Below, one piece after another: positions 8,463 to 15,991 of a stretch of 18,047 nucleotides of DNA (the stretch's first letter is position 1; each line of letters begins with the position of its first letter). Where the stretch lies: NCBI GenBank assembly GCA_026014495.1, contig JAOZIF010000112.1, positions 1 to 18,047 on the forward strand. Reading direction: 5' to 3'. The translations under genes and the position numbers were made by a program. Source of the stretch: Candidatus Bathyarchaeum sp. (GTDB lineage Archaea > Thermoproteota > Bathyarchaeia > Bathyarchaeales > Bathyarchaeaceae). Below the pieces are notes generated by a model. That model made no database searches and was not told the origin of the DNA. It worked only from the letters and a program-made list of their open reading frames with translations.

Positions 8463-9530
8463 GTGAAAAGATTGAGTAAAACATGTTTGATTATTATTGG
8501 GCACGGAAGTAAGCTTCCACATAATAAGGAAACCATGGAAAAACTGGCAGACCAAATAAGACGGCGGTCAAGCTTTGACAAGGTAGAAACCGCGTTTATG
8601 GTGAGAAATAAGCCATCAATTCCAGAAGCAATAGAGAACGCAGTCAAAAAGGGAGCTACTAAGATTGTGTTGGTTCCTACATTCATAGCTCATGGGGTAC
8701 ACACAACAGATGAAATTCCTGAGATACTAAAAACAAAGCAGAAAGAGTTGGGGTTAAAGGCTCAGGGAGTAAAAATAATATACGGGGAACCACTGGGACC
8801 AGATGAACGAATAGCAAAAATAGTTGAAGAAAAAGCGCTGAAGCTTCTAGGTCAACAAAGCAGTGAAATAAAAAAAGTTCAGGAAGCCCGCAATCTAACG
8901 GCTTCGATAAACATGTACAAAACCAGTATAACAATAATAAGACCGCTCATAGCCGACACGCTAGAAAAAGCGCCCAAGACACATGCACCGATAATCGAAC
9001 GCGTTGTTCACACTACAGCTGACCCCGAATATGCAAAACTGGTTGTAATCGATAAACATGCAGTTGAAGCGGGGGTAGCAGCCATCAAAGCTGGAGCAAA
9101 AGTCATTGCAGATGTTAAGATGGTTAAAGTGGGCATAAATGAGGCACGAATCAAAAGGTTTAGGGGACAGATTTTAAGTTATGTCGATGATGAACGGGCA
9201 GTTAAACTGGCCAAACAAGAATCGATAACAAGGTCTGCAGCTGCCATGCGGTTAGCCATAAAAGACGGTATAGACAACTCAATTATAGCCATAGGAAATG
9301 CGCCCACCGCAGCATTTGAAATAGCAAAAGCTGTGAGACAAGGGTTAGCCAAGCCAGCTCTTATCATAGCTACTCCTGTAGGATATGTAGGCGCCGCAGA
9401 CTCAAAAAAAGAAGTTGCAAGCCTGCCTATACCTTACGTAATAATTCGAGGACCTAAAGGTGGAAGTGCACTAGCAGTTGCAGTTTTTAACGCCTTGCTT
9501 GGCATAGCAGAAAAAGATTTGGGAATTTAA
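8463..9530 (+). CDS. cbiX-cbiC: Fusion of short sirohydrochlorin (cobalto)chelatase CbiX(S)/CfbA-like domain and cobalt-precorrin-8 methylmutase CbiC
   Basis: aa ~1-129: IIGHGSKLP, AFM, PSIPE, VPTFIAHGVHTTDEIP, YGEPLGPD. aa ~147-355: RVVHTTAD, ADVKMVKVGI, IGNAPTA, ATPVGYVGAADSK, RGPKGGS. Single uninterrupted frame. Start is GTG 8463 or TTG 8472 (the latter follows GGAGTG). Confidence 0.9.
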   Translation: MKRLSKTCLIIIGHGSKLPHNKETMEKLADQIRRRSSFDKVETAFMVRNKPSIPEAIENAVKKGATKIVLVPTFIAHGVHTTDEIPEILKTKQKELGLKAQGVKIIYGEPLGPDERIAKIVEEKALKLLGQQSSEIKKVQEARNLTASINMYKTSITIIRPLIADTLEKAPKTHAPIIERVVHTTADPEYAKLVVIDKHAVEAGVAAIKAGAKVIADVKMVKVGINEARIKRFRGQILSYVDDERAVKLAKQESITRSAAAMRLAIKDGIDNSIIAIGNAPTAAFEIAKAVRQGLAKPALIIATPVGYVGAADSKKEVASLPIPYVIIRGPKGGSALAVAVFNALLGIAEKDLGI

Positions 9531-9547
9531 AATTACAGTGGCTTATC

Positions 9548-10633
9548 ATGCGAAGAGTCTTAAAATATGGAAACACGACGGGTGCATACGCTACAGCTGC
9601 AGCAAAAGCAGCCCTAATTACTTTGCTTGATAAGCCAGTTGACAGAGTAGGAATACCCAGCCCGTTAGGCATCCGTTTTGAGATACTAATTAAAGAATGC
9701 AAGAAACTCAGCGACGACACCGCAATAGCATACGCATTAAAGAATGCTGGAGAAGACATAGATGTCACAGATAAGATGGAAATTTTCGCCACAGTAAAGC
9801 TAACTGATGATGGAAAGATCAGCATAGCTGGTGGTAAGGGCGTTGGCACGGTAACAAAACAAGGCTTACCTGTTGCTGTAGGTGAAGCAGCAATCAATCC
9901 TACTCCAAGAAAGATGATAAAAGAGGCAATCAAAGAGGTTTTGCCTTCAGGTAAAGGCGTTAAAATAACAATAAGTGCTCCCGAGGGCGAAGAAGTTGCC
10001 AAGAAAACCCAAAACAGCAAGCTAGGCATAGTTGGGGGCGTATCCATTCTGGGTACAACAGGTGTAGTCAGACCATTATCGATTAAGTCATACAGGCGCT
10101 CGTTGGTTCCTCAACTTGACGTCGCCCTTGCCCAAAATTATGAACAGATTTTTTTGGTTCCGGGAAACATAGGGGAAAAGCTGGCTAAAAAAATATTCAA
10201 CATTCCTGAAGACAGCATAGTTCAAACAGGCGACTTCATGGGTTACATGCTACAGAAGGCAGTTGAAAAAGGGGCAAAAAACATAGCTATTTTTGGTCAT
10301 CCCGGAAAACTTGTGAAGTTGGCAGCGGGAATCTTCAATACTCATCATAAGATGGGTGATGCCCGAATGGAAATCATAGCCGCTTATGCGGGAGCTGCGG
10401 GTGCAGACACAAAACTCATACAAAAAATAGTGAACTCAAACACAACTGAAGAGGCAATACAGTTTCTTGAACCAGCCAAACTGATTCAACAAACATTTAA
10501 CCCGATTGCAGAGCAGGTGTATGTACGTTCATTAGAGAAAATAGGCAATAAAGCCAAGATTAACGTGATTATAGTATCCATGAATGGAACTGTTCTGGGA
10601 ACAAGTAAGAATGTTAGGAGTTTTGTGAATTGA
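9548..10633 (+). CDS. cbiD: Cobalt-precorrin-5B (C1)-methyltransferase
   Basis: TTGAYATAAAKAA, GGKGVG.VT..GL, AAINPTPR, LGIVGGVSILGTTGVVRP, GHPGKLVKLAAGIFNTH; 361 aa. Confidence 0.93.
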   Translation: MRRVLKYGNTTGAYATAAAKAALITLLDKPVDRVGIPSPLGIRFEILIKECKKLSDDTAIAYALKNAGEDIDVTDKMEIFATVKLTDDGKISIAGGKGVGTVTKQGLPVAVGEAAINPTPRKMIKEAIKEVLPSGKGVKITISAPEGEEVAKKTQNSKLGIVGGVSILGTTGVVRPLSIKSYRRSLVPQLDVALAQNYEQIFLVPGNIGEKLAKKIFNIPEDSIVQTGDFMGYMLQKAVEKGAKNIAIFGHPGKLVKLAAGIFNTHHKMGDARMEIIAAYAGAAGADTKLIQKIVNSNTTEEAIQFLEPAKLIQQTFNPIAEQVYVRSLEKIGNKAKINVIIVSMNGTVLGTSKNVRSFVN

Positions 10634-11298
10634 GCAAACTTAAGATAGTTGGTATGGGTCCAGGCTCTCCAGATTACATCACTGATATCGCAAAACAGAG
10701 CGTACAAAACGCAGAAATTGTGATAGGTGCAAAAAAAGCTCTAAAGTTGTTTCAAGATTTCATACACTGCGAATCATTAGCCTTAACAGCTCAGAACATA
10801 ATTGAGGGACTAAAATATGGAGTTGCATCTGCGGCAGCAGGCAAAGAAGTAGTAATACTTTCAACTGGAGACCCCGGTTTCTCGGGTCTTTTAGGTTCAT
10901 TGCTTAAAGTTGCTGGAAAAGATGTTGACTTCGATGTTATTCCGAACGTAAGCTCAATTCAAATTTGTGCTGCACGTCTTCGGATGCGCTGGGATACTGC
11001 AACTTTGATTAGTTTTCATGCTGACGCAAGCAATGAGAAGAAGATGAAACTAGTCGAGGCAACAAAAAGTGGAAATATAGTTATTCTTCTTCCAGACCCC
11101 CAATCGTTTTCTCCAAGTGATGTCGCAAGGTTTCTTATTGAAAACGGAATAGACAAAAAAACTGCTGTTAGTGTGTGCGAGAATTTGACGCTGACGAATG
11201 AGAAAGTGGTTACATCTACTTTGGCGGGGATTTTGGAGCAGGAATTTGGCGTTTTGTGTGTGATGGTTGTAGGAGAGAAAAATACAAAAGTAAAATGA
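10630..11298 (+). CDS. cbiE: Cobalt-precorrin-7 (C5)-methyltransferase
   Basis: IVGMGPGSPDYIT, LSTGDPGFSG, IPNVSSIQICAARL, VCENLT..NEK. TTG start overlaps the cbiD stop (TTGA). Confidence 0.9.
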   Translation: MSKLKIVGMGPGSPDYITDIAKQSVQNAEIVIGAKKALKLFQDFIHCESLALTAQNIIEGLKYGVASAAAGKEVVILSTGDPGFSGLLGSLLKVAGKDVDFDVIPNVSSIQICAARLRMRWDTATLISFHADASNEKKMKLVEATKSGNIVILLPDPQSFSPSDVARFLIENGIDKKTAVSVCENLTLTNEKVVTSTLAGILEQEFGVLCVMVVGEKNTKVK

Positions 11299-11308
11299 GG
11301 CGTTTGAT

Positions 11309-11923
11309 GTGTGGTCGTATAGAACTGCCGGAATTCCGGATGCAGATTTTGTTCAAAGCGATAAGGTTCCTGGGCCTACAAAAGAGGAGATACGTGTAGT
11401 CACTATTTCTAAGGCTCGGCTTTGTGAGGGCTCTTACGTAATTGATGTTGGATGTGGCACTGGCGGTTTAACGGTTGAGGCAGCTCTTCAGGTAACACAG
11501 AAGGGCAGAGTCTTTGCATTAGATGATAATGCAGAAGCAATTAGATTAACCAAAAGTAACGTGACAAAATTTCAGGTTCAAAACATAGTTGAGACTATCT
11601 TCGGAAAAGCTCCTGACACAATGTTACAGTTACCCAAAATAGACGCAGTCATCATAGGCGGCAGTGCATCATTACCAAAAGTAATACAAACAGCTTACCA
11701 TAAGCTGAAAAATGATGGAAGGCTAGTCGTTAATGCAATACTTTTGGAGACAGCAGTTAAGGCGCTAGATGAAATAAAGAAGCTGAACTTCAAGGATTTG
11801 GATGTTGCCCAGATTTTTGTAGCTAAAGGGCGACAATTACCCTCAGGAACAATGATGCTAGCAAGAAATCCAATCACAATAATATCGGCTACAAAAACAG
11901 AGGTAAAAAAAGTTGCAAGGTAA
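11309..11923 (+). CDS. cbiT: Cobalt-precorrin-6B (C15)-methyltransferase (decarboxylating)
   Basis: GIPDADF, PGPTKEEIRVVTISKARL, DVGCGTGGLTVEAA, GRLVVNAILLET, MMLARNPITII. GTG start with GAGG 8 nt upstream. Confidence 0.93.
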   Translation: MWSYRTAGIPDADFVQSDKVPGPTKEEIRVVTISKARLCEGSYVIDVGCGTGGLTVEAALQVTQKGRVFALDDNAEAIRLTKSNVTKFQVQNIVETIFGKAPDTMLQLPKIDAVIIGGSASLPKVIQTAYHKLKNDGRLVVNAILLETAVKALDEIKKLNFKDLDVAQIFVAKGRQLPSGTMMLARNPITIISATKTEVKKVAR

Positions 11924-12647
11924 ACTTGTTGGAGTTGGTGTTGGTCCCGGTGACCCGGAACTCATCACTGTAAAGGCTGTAAAAATGTTGAAGACTGCTG
12001 ATGTGATAAGCATTCCAAAAGCTCACGAGAACAAGCCCAGCCTTGCTCTTGCCATAGTCAAACAAATTCTAAAGGGCAGAGAAAACATTCCTGAATTGCT
12101 TGAACTGGTTTTTCCAATGACCAAAGACAAAAGCGAGCTTAAAAGGTCATGGAGCCAAAATGCGCAAATCATTGCTGAAAAAGCCAAAACAGGCAAAACA
12201 ATTGCATTCATCACGTTGGGCGACCCCATGTTCTATAGCACATTCATTTATCTTTGCCAAAGAATGAAAGAAGAGCACCCAGAAGTCAACTTGGAAATAA
12301 TACCCGGCGTAACATCGTTAACTGCTTGTGCCGCAGTTTCCAAGATACCACTTGCAGAAAAAAATGAAGTTGTTACAATTATTACGTCAGGTATTGAGTC
12401 AGACAAGATTGGCGAGATTGCCAAACACGCAAGCAGTATTGTGTTACTGAAGGGTTCTAAACGGCTAAAAGAGTTTGTTCCAGTTTTGGAGAAATCTGGT
12501 TTCACAAAGAACTCGACAATTGCTTTAGTTCGGAGATGCACAATGTCAGAAGAGAAGGCACTTGTTGGGACATTAAAGGATGTGAAAAAATGGGACATTG
12601 ATGATGATTACTTTTCGATTTCGATTATAAAGGAGAAAACAAAATGA
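11913..12647 (+). CDS. cbiL: Cobalt-factor II / precorrin-2 C20-methyltransferase
   Basis: LVGVGVGPGDPELITVKAV, LVFPMTKD, FITLGDPMFYST, IPGVTS, DDDYFS. TTG start with GAGGT SD. Confidence 0.92.
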   Translation: MQGKLVGVGVGPGDPELITVKAVKMLKTADVISIPKAHENKPSLALAIVKQILKGRENIPELLELVFPMTKDKSELKRSWSQNAQIIAEKAKTGKTIAFITLGDPMFYSTFIYLCQRMKEEHPEVNLEIIPGVTSLTACAAVSKIPLAEKNEVVTIITSGIESDKIGEIAKHASSIVLLKGSKRLKEFVPVLEKSGFTKNSTIALVRRCTMSEEKALVGTLKDVKKWDIDDDYFSISIIKEKTK

Positions 12648-13417
12648 AGGAAATTGTTTTTATCGGCGCAGGTCCAGGCGACCCTGAACTAATAACTCTC
12701 AAAGGAAAAAAGAACCTCGAAAAAGCAGATGTAGTCATCTATGCGGGCTCTTTGCTAAATCCGCAGATACTCAAATATGCGAAACCTCATGCTAAGCTCT
12801 ACGACAGCGCAGCCATGAACTTAAAAGAGGTTCTTCAGGTGATGGTTGATTCAGTTAATGAGGGAAAGTTTGTTGCTAGAGTGCATGATGGTGACCCCAG
12901 CTTTTTTGGTGCCATAACTGAGCAGATGGATTTTTTGGAAAAACAGGGTATACCATTTACGGTGATTCCTGGGGTGAGTTGCCTTCAAGGAGGTGCAGCA
13001 GCATTGAGAAGAGAGTTAACGTTGCCTAGCATTTCGCAGAGCGTTATAATAACTAGACCTGAAGGTAGGACTCCTGTTCCAGAGCCTGAGAGGATTAGAG
13101 AGTTGGCGAAGCATGGAACAACTATGGTTATTTTCTTGGGGATTCAGCATGTAGAAAAGGTTATTGAAGAGCTTAAGATGAGTGGTCGTTCCAAAGACAC
13201 GCCAGTTTCGGTTGTGTACAAAGCCACATGGAAGGAGCAAAAAATAGTTAGAGGCACCTTAGAAGATATAGTTGGGAAGGTCAAGGACGCTGGGATAACA
13301 AGGACAGCTCTGATATTTGTTGGAGAAGTATTGAATCCCAAAGCCTACGATTTTTCGAAACTGTATGACCCCAAGTTTACTCATGGCTACCGTAAAGGCG
13401 AAAACGATGTTTCCTAG
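12644..13417 (+). CDS. cbiF: Cobalt-precorrin-4 C11-methyltransferase
   Basis: FIGAGPGDPELITLKG, YAGSLLN, RVHDGDPS, ELTLPSISQSVIITR, GRTPVPE, VVYKATW, SKLYDPKFTHGYR. ATGA overlap with cbiL. Confidence 0.96.
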   Translation: MKEIVFIGAGPGDPELITLKGKKNLEKADVVIYAGSLLNPQILKYAKPHAKLYDSAAMNLKEVLQVMVDSVNEGKFVARVHDGDPSFFGAITEQMDFLEKQGIPFTVIPGVSCLQGGAAALRRELTLPSISQSVIITRPEGRTPVPEPERIRELAKHGTTMVIFLGIQHVEKVIEELKMSGRSKDTPVSVVYKATWKEQKIVRGTLEDIVGKVKDAGITRTALIFVGEVLNPKAYDFSKLYDPKFTHGYRKGENDVS

Positions 13418-14492
13418 AGGCGTAACAATTTTCGCCATTACTCGACAAGGGGTTAAAACGGCAGCCAAAATCAAGGATGTTCTAACCAAGAACAACATAA
13501 ATTGTACAATACGTGCACCCAGAAAATACGCCCAAAAAGGCGTTATTCCGCTAGAAAAGAAGCTGGGAGACGCAGTAAGGGAAGCCTTCAGTTATGTTGA
13601 TGCAATAGTTGCAGTTATGGCTACAGGAATTATCGTGAGGACAATTGCTCCATTACTGAAAAGTAAAATGAGTGACCCCGCTGTTGTGTGTGTTGACGTT
13701 TCTGGAAGATTTGCAATCAGTTTAGTATCAGGACATTTGGGTGGAGCCAACAAGCTAACAAAAATTATTGCTCAGGGCTTGGAGGCAGTACCTGTCATCA
13801 CTACAGCTTCGGACGTGTTAGGCAAGCAGAGCGTTGACGAGCTAGCCACAGAGTTACACTGCACTGTAATAAATCCTCAAAGTTTAGTCGCCGTTAACTC
13901 TGCAATAGTAAACGAACAAGAGTTGGTGCTGGTTTTATCTGGAACAGCAAAAATTTCACTGAATAAAATCAGCAGCTATAAGGTCAAAACTGCCGAGAAC
14001 ATAAAACATGCGATAGAGATTGTGAACAGCTTTGATGCAGGCGTCATAATCACAAACGAAGAAAACTTGGTGGACGAACTTAGTAAGCCAGCTACAATCC
14101 TGAAGCCAAAGACAATAACGGTTGGTATGGGTTCACGAAAAAAAGTAAGTGTAGAAGATATTGTTGAAACAGTAAGTTCTGCGTTGTCAAAAGCAAACAT
14201 TACAGTAGAACGAGTTGACCGCTTGGCTACGGTTGACATAAAAAAGGATTCATTAAGCATGCTAAACGCAGCCAAAAAACTAGGATTAAATCTTGAATTT
14301 ATCAGCATCAAGGAGCTTGGCTCTTTTAGGCACAAGGACCTTTCCGCTGATTCACAGGTAGTTAAAGAAAAAATTGGAGTTGGAGGAGTATGCGAGCAAG
14401 CAGCGCTAATAGTTGCAGGAAAAAATCCGAAATTAATAATGAAGAAAATGAAATCAAAAGGCGTGACAGTGGCAATAGCATCGGGCGAATAG
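13407..14492 (+). CDS. cbiG: Cobalt-precorrin-5A hydrolase
   Basis: MATGIIVRTIAPLL, DPAVVCVD, SLVSGHLGGANKL, VITTASD, VGMGSRK, GVGGVCEQAA, GVTVAIA. Start moved from 13365 to ATG 13407 (MFPRG..., 361 aa), overlapping the cbiF end. Confidence 0.93.
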   Translation: MFPRGVTIFAITRQGVKTAAKIKDVLTKNNINCTIRAPRKYAQKGVIPLEKKLGDAVREAFSYVDAIVAVMATGIIVRTIAPLLKSKMSDPAVVCVDVSGRFAISLVSGHLGGANKLTKIIAQGLEAVPVITTASDVLGKQSVDELATELHCTVINPQSLVAVNSAIVNEQELVLVLSGTAKISLNKISSYKVKTAENIKHAIEIVNSFDAGVIITNEENLVDELSKPATILKPKTITVGMGSRKKVSVEDIVETVSSALSKANITVERVDRLATVDIKKDSLSMLNAAKKLGLNLEFISIKELGSFRHKDLSADSQVVKEKIGVGGVCEQAALIVAGKNPKLIMKKMKSKGVTVAIASGE

Positions 14493-15220
14493 CCGTAGTC
14501 GGCATTGGACCTGGTGCTCTTGAGCACATGACTCTCAAAGCCAAACAGGAAATAGAACAAGCTGAAGTTATCATAGGCTACAAGACATACGTGAAGCTAA
14601 TCCAGAAAATCATCAAAAAAGATGTTGAAGTGTTCAGTGGCAATATGGGACAAGAGGTCGACAGAGCCAAAAAGGCAATACAGGAGGCATTAGAAAACAA
14701 GCAAGTTGTGGTTATTAGTAGCGGCGATTCTGGAGTTTATGGCATGGCAGGCGTTGTCTTGGAGGCTGCTGCACGCCAAAAAGTAAAGGTTCCAATAGAA
14801 GTTGTTCCGGGCGTAACAGCGGCTACTGCAGCTGCGGCAACATTAGGAGCGCCGTTAGTGGGAGATTTTGCTGTTATAAGTTTGAGTGATATTTTGACGC
14901 CGTGGAGTTTGATTGAAAGGCGACTGAGAGCTGCTGCTGAATCAGATTTTGGAATTGTATTGTATAACCCTCAAAGTAAGGGACGAAAAAAGCCGTTAGC
15001 CCAAGCCCACAAGATATTACTAGAATATCGTGACCCAAAAACGCATGTAGGCATAGTTAAGAATGCAAAAAGGCAGGGCGAAAAAGCCACATTTACTTCA
15101 CTAAAAAATATGCTAAACTTTGAAATAGACATGACAACGGTACTGGTTATAGGAAATTCGAAAACATACAAGGTTAATGGTAGTCTGGTTACTCCGAGAG
15201 GCTACAACTTCAAAGAATAA
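14390..15220 (+). CDS. cbiH: Cobalt-factor III / precorrin-3B C17-methyltransferase (start uncertain; homology begins near 14483)
   Basis: AVVGIGPG, IGYKTYV, MGQEVDRA, VISSGDSGVYGMAG, PGVTAA, DFAVISLSDILTPW, VLYNPQS, DMTTVLVIGNS, VTPRGY. The only upstream in-frame canonical start is ATG 14390, 103 nt inside cbiG. Confidence 0.9.
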   Translation: MRASSANSCRKKSEINNEENEIKRRDSGNSIGRIAVVGIGPGALEHMTLKAKQEIEQAEVIIGYKTYVKLIQKIIKKDVEVFSGNMGQEVDRAKKAIQEALENKQVVVISSGDSGVYGMAGVVLEAAARQKVKVPIEVVPGVTAATAAAATLGAPLVGDFAVISLSDILTPWSLIERRLRAAAESDFGIVLYNPQSKGRKKPLAQAHKILLEYRDPKTHVGIVKNAKRQGEKATFTSLKNMLNFEIDMTTVLVIGNSKTYKVNGSLVTPRGYNFKE

Positions 15221-15240
15221 AAAAAGATTTGGTTTTTGTC
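15218..15240. terminator. Putative bidirectional T-rich terminator between convergent cbiH and ABC-2 permease
   Basis: 20-nt gap AAAAAGATTTGGTTTTTGTC gives a T-tract on each strand downstream of each stop, consistent with archaeal oligo-T termination. Confidence 0.4.
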
Positions 15241-15987
15241 TTACACACTAGAGCGTTTTAAAGCCACCATAGACATTACAAAAAAGAATACCCCAAAGGC
15301 TAGAAGAACAAATATATAAATCCAAGGGAAAGACTGCTCCAAAGTTATTGCACGCAGAGATTCGCTTGAATGGGTTAGAGGTAAAAAGTACAAAACAATT
15401 TTCAGGGCTTCAGGAATTTGGCTTAACGAAAAGAAGGTTCCGCTAAGAAAAGTCATTGGTAACAACACTAAGCTGCTTACGGTGCTCATGTCTTGATGTG
15501 ATTTTGCCAGAAAAGAAACAAGTACTCCAAAAAAGGAGAAAACAAAGCATGACAGAACAAGTACAGCTACGAAAGCTATGTCTATGTTCAGTGAGGGTGA
15601 AAGGGCAAATCCTACTAGCATAAACACAATAGACGTGAATAAACCGCGTACTACCCCAATTAGGGCTTTTCCGATAATTATTGAATATACACTAACTGGG
15701 GACATTAAGCATTCGTCAAATGATTTGAAGAATAGGCGGTCCACGTTTAGTTTTTGTCCAGCACCACTAAAGCTGACGGTCATGGATGTTAAAGCGATTA
15801 TGCCGGGGATAACAAATTCAAGGTAGCTGTAGCCGTCAAAGCTGATTCCTTGTCCTAATCCAAAGCCGAAAGCTACAAGGTACAAAAGAGGATTCACAAG
15901 GCTAGTAGACAAAGTTCGAATCCACTGGCGCCTAAGAACTCTTAGGTCTACCCACAAGACAGAGTAAATATCGTTTAGCAGGTTCAC
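15241..15987 (-). CDS. ABC-2 type (exporter class, NodJ/DrrB-like) transporter permease
   Basis: About six hydrophobic segments, with SLVNPLLYLVAFGFGLG, YLEFVIPGIIA, PMTFLSGTFF and LPLTH. GTG 15987 is preferred (GAGGG upstream, just after the ATPase stop); the ORF track uses GTG 16002. Confidence 0.88.
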   Translation of the reverse strand: MNLLNDIYSVLWVDLRVLRRQWIRTLSTSLVNPLLYLVAFGFGLGQGISFDGYSYLEFVIPGIIALTSMTVSFSGAGQKLNVDRLFFKSFDECLMSPVSVYSIIIGKALIGVVRGLFTSIVFMLVGFALSPSLNIDIAFVAVLVLSCFVFSFFGVLVSFLAKSHQDMSTVSSLVLLPMTFLSGTFFSLSQIPEALKIVLYFLPLTHSSESLRAITLEQSFPWIYIFVLLAFGVFFFVMSMVALKRSSV

Positions 15988-15991
15988 TGTT

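Noticed and set aside
5540-9530. Interpretation as a coenzyme F430 (cfb) cluster
   Set aside because: No NifH/NifD-like cfbC/cfbD or MurF-like cfbE in the window, and the chelatase is fused to the cobalamin-specific CbiC. Kept only as an open metal-specificity question.
9487-10047. 186-aa antisense ORF opposite cbiD
   Set aside because: Lies almost entirely opposite a well-supported CDS, has no recognisable motifs, and shows the hydrophobic/Ser/Pro pattern typical of a reverse-frame shadow.
11307-11399. Short alternate-frame ORF MCGRIELPEF... at the cbiT start
   Set aside because: About 30 codons overlapping cbiT; the resemblance to an MCGR N-terminus is not supported by further similarity.
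13976-14560. 194-aa antisense ORF opposite cbiG/cbiH
   Set aside because: Shadow of an A-rich coding strand (Phe/Ser/Leu-rich) with no family signal.
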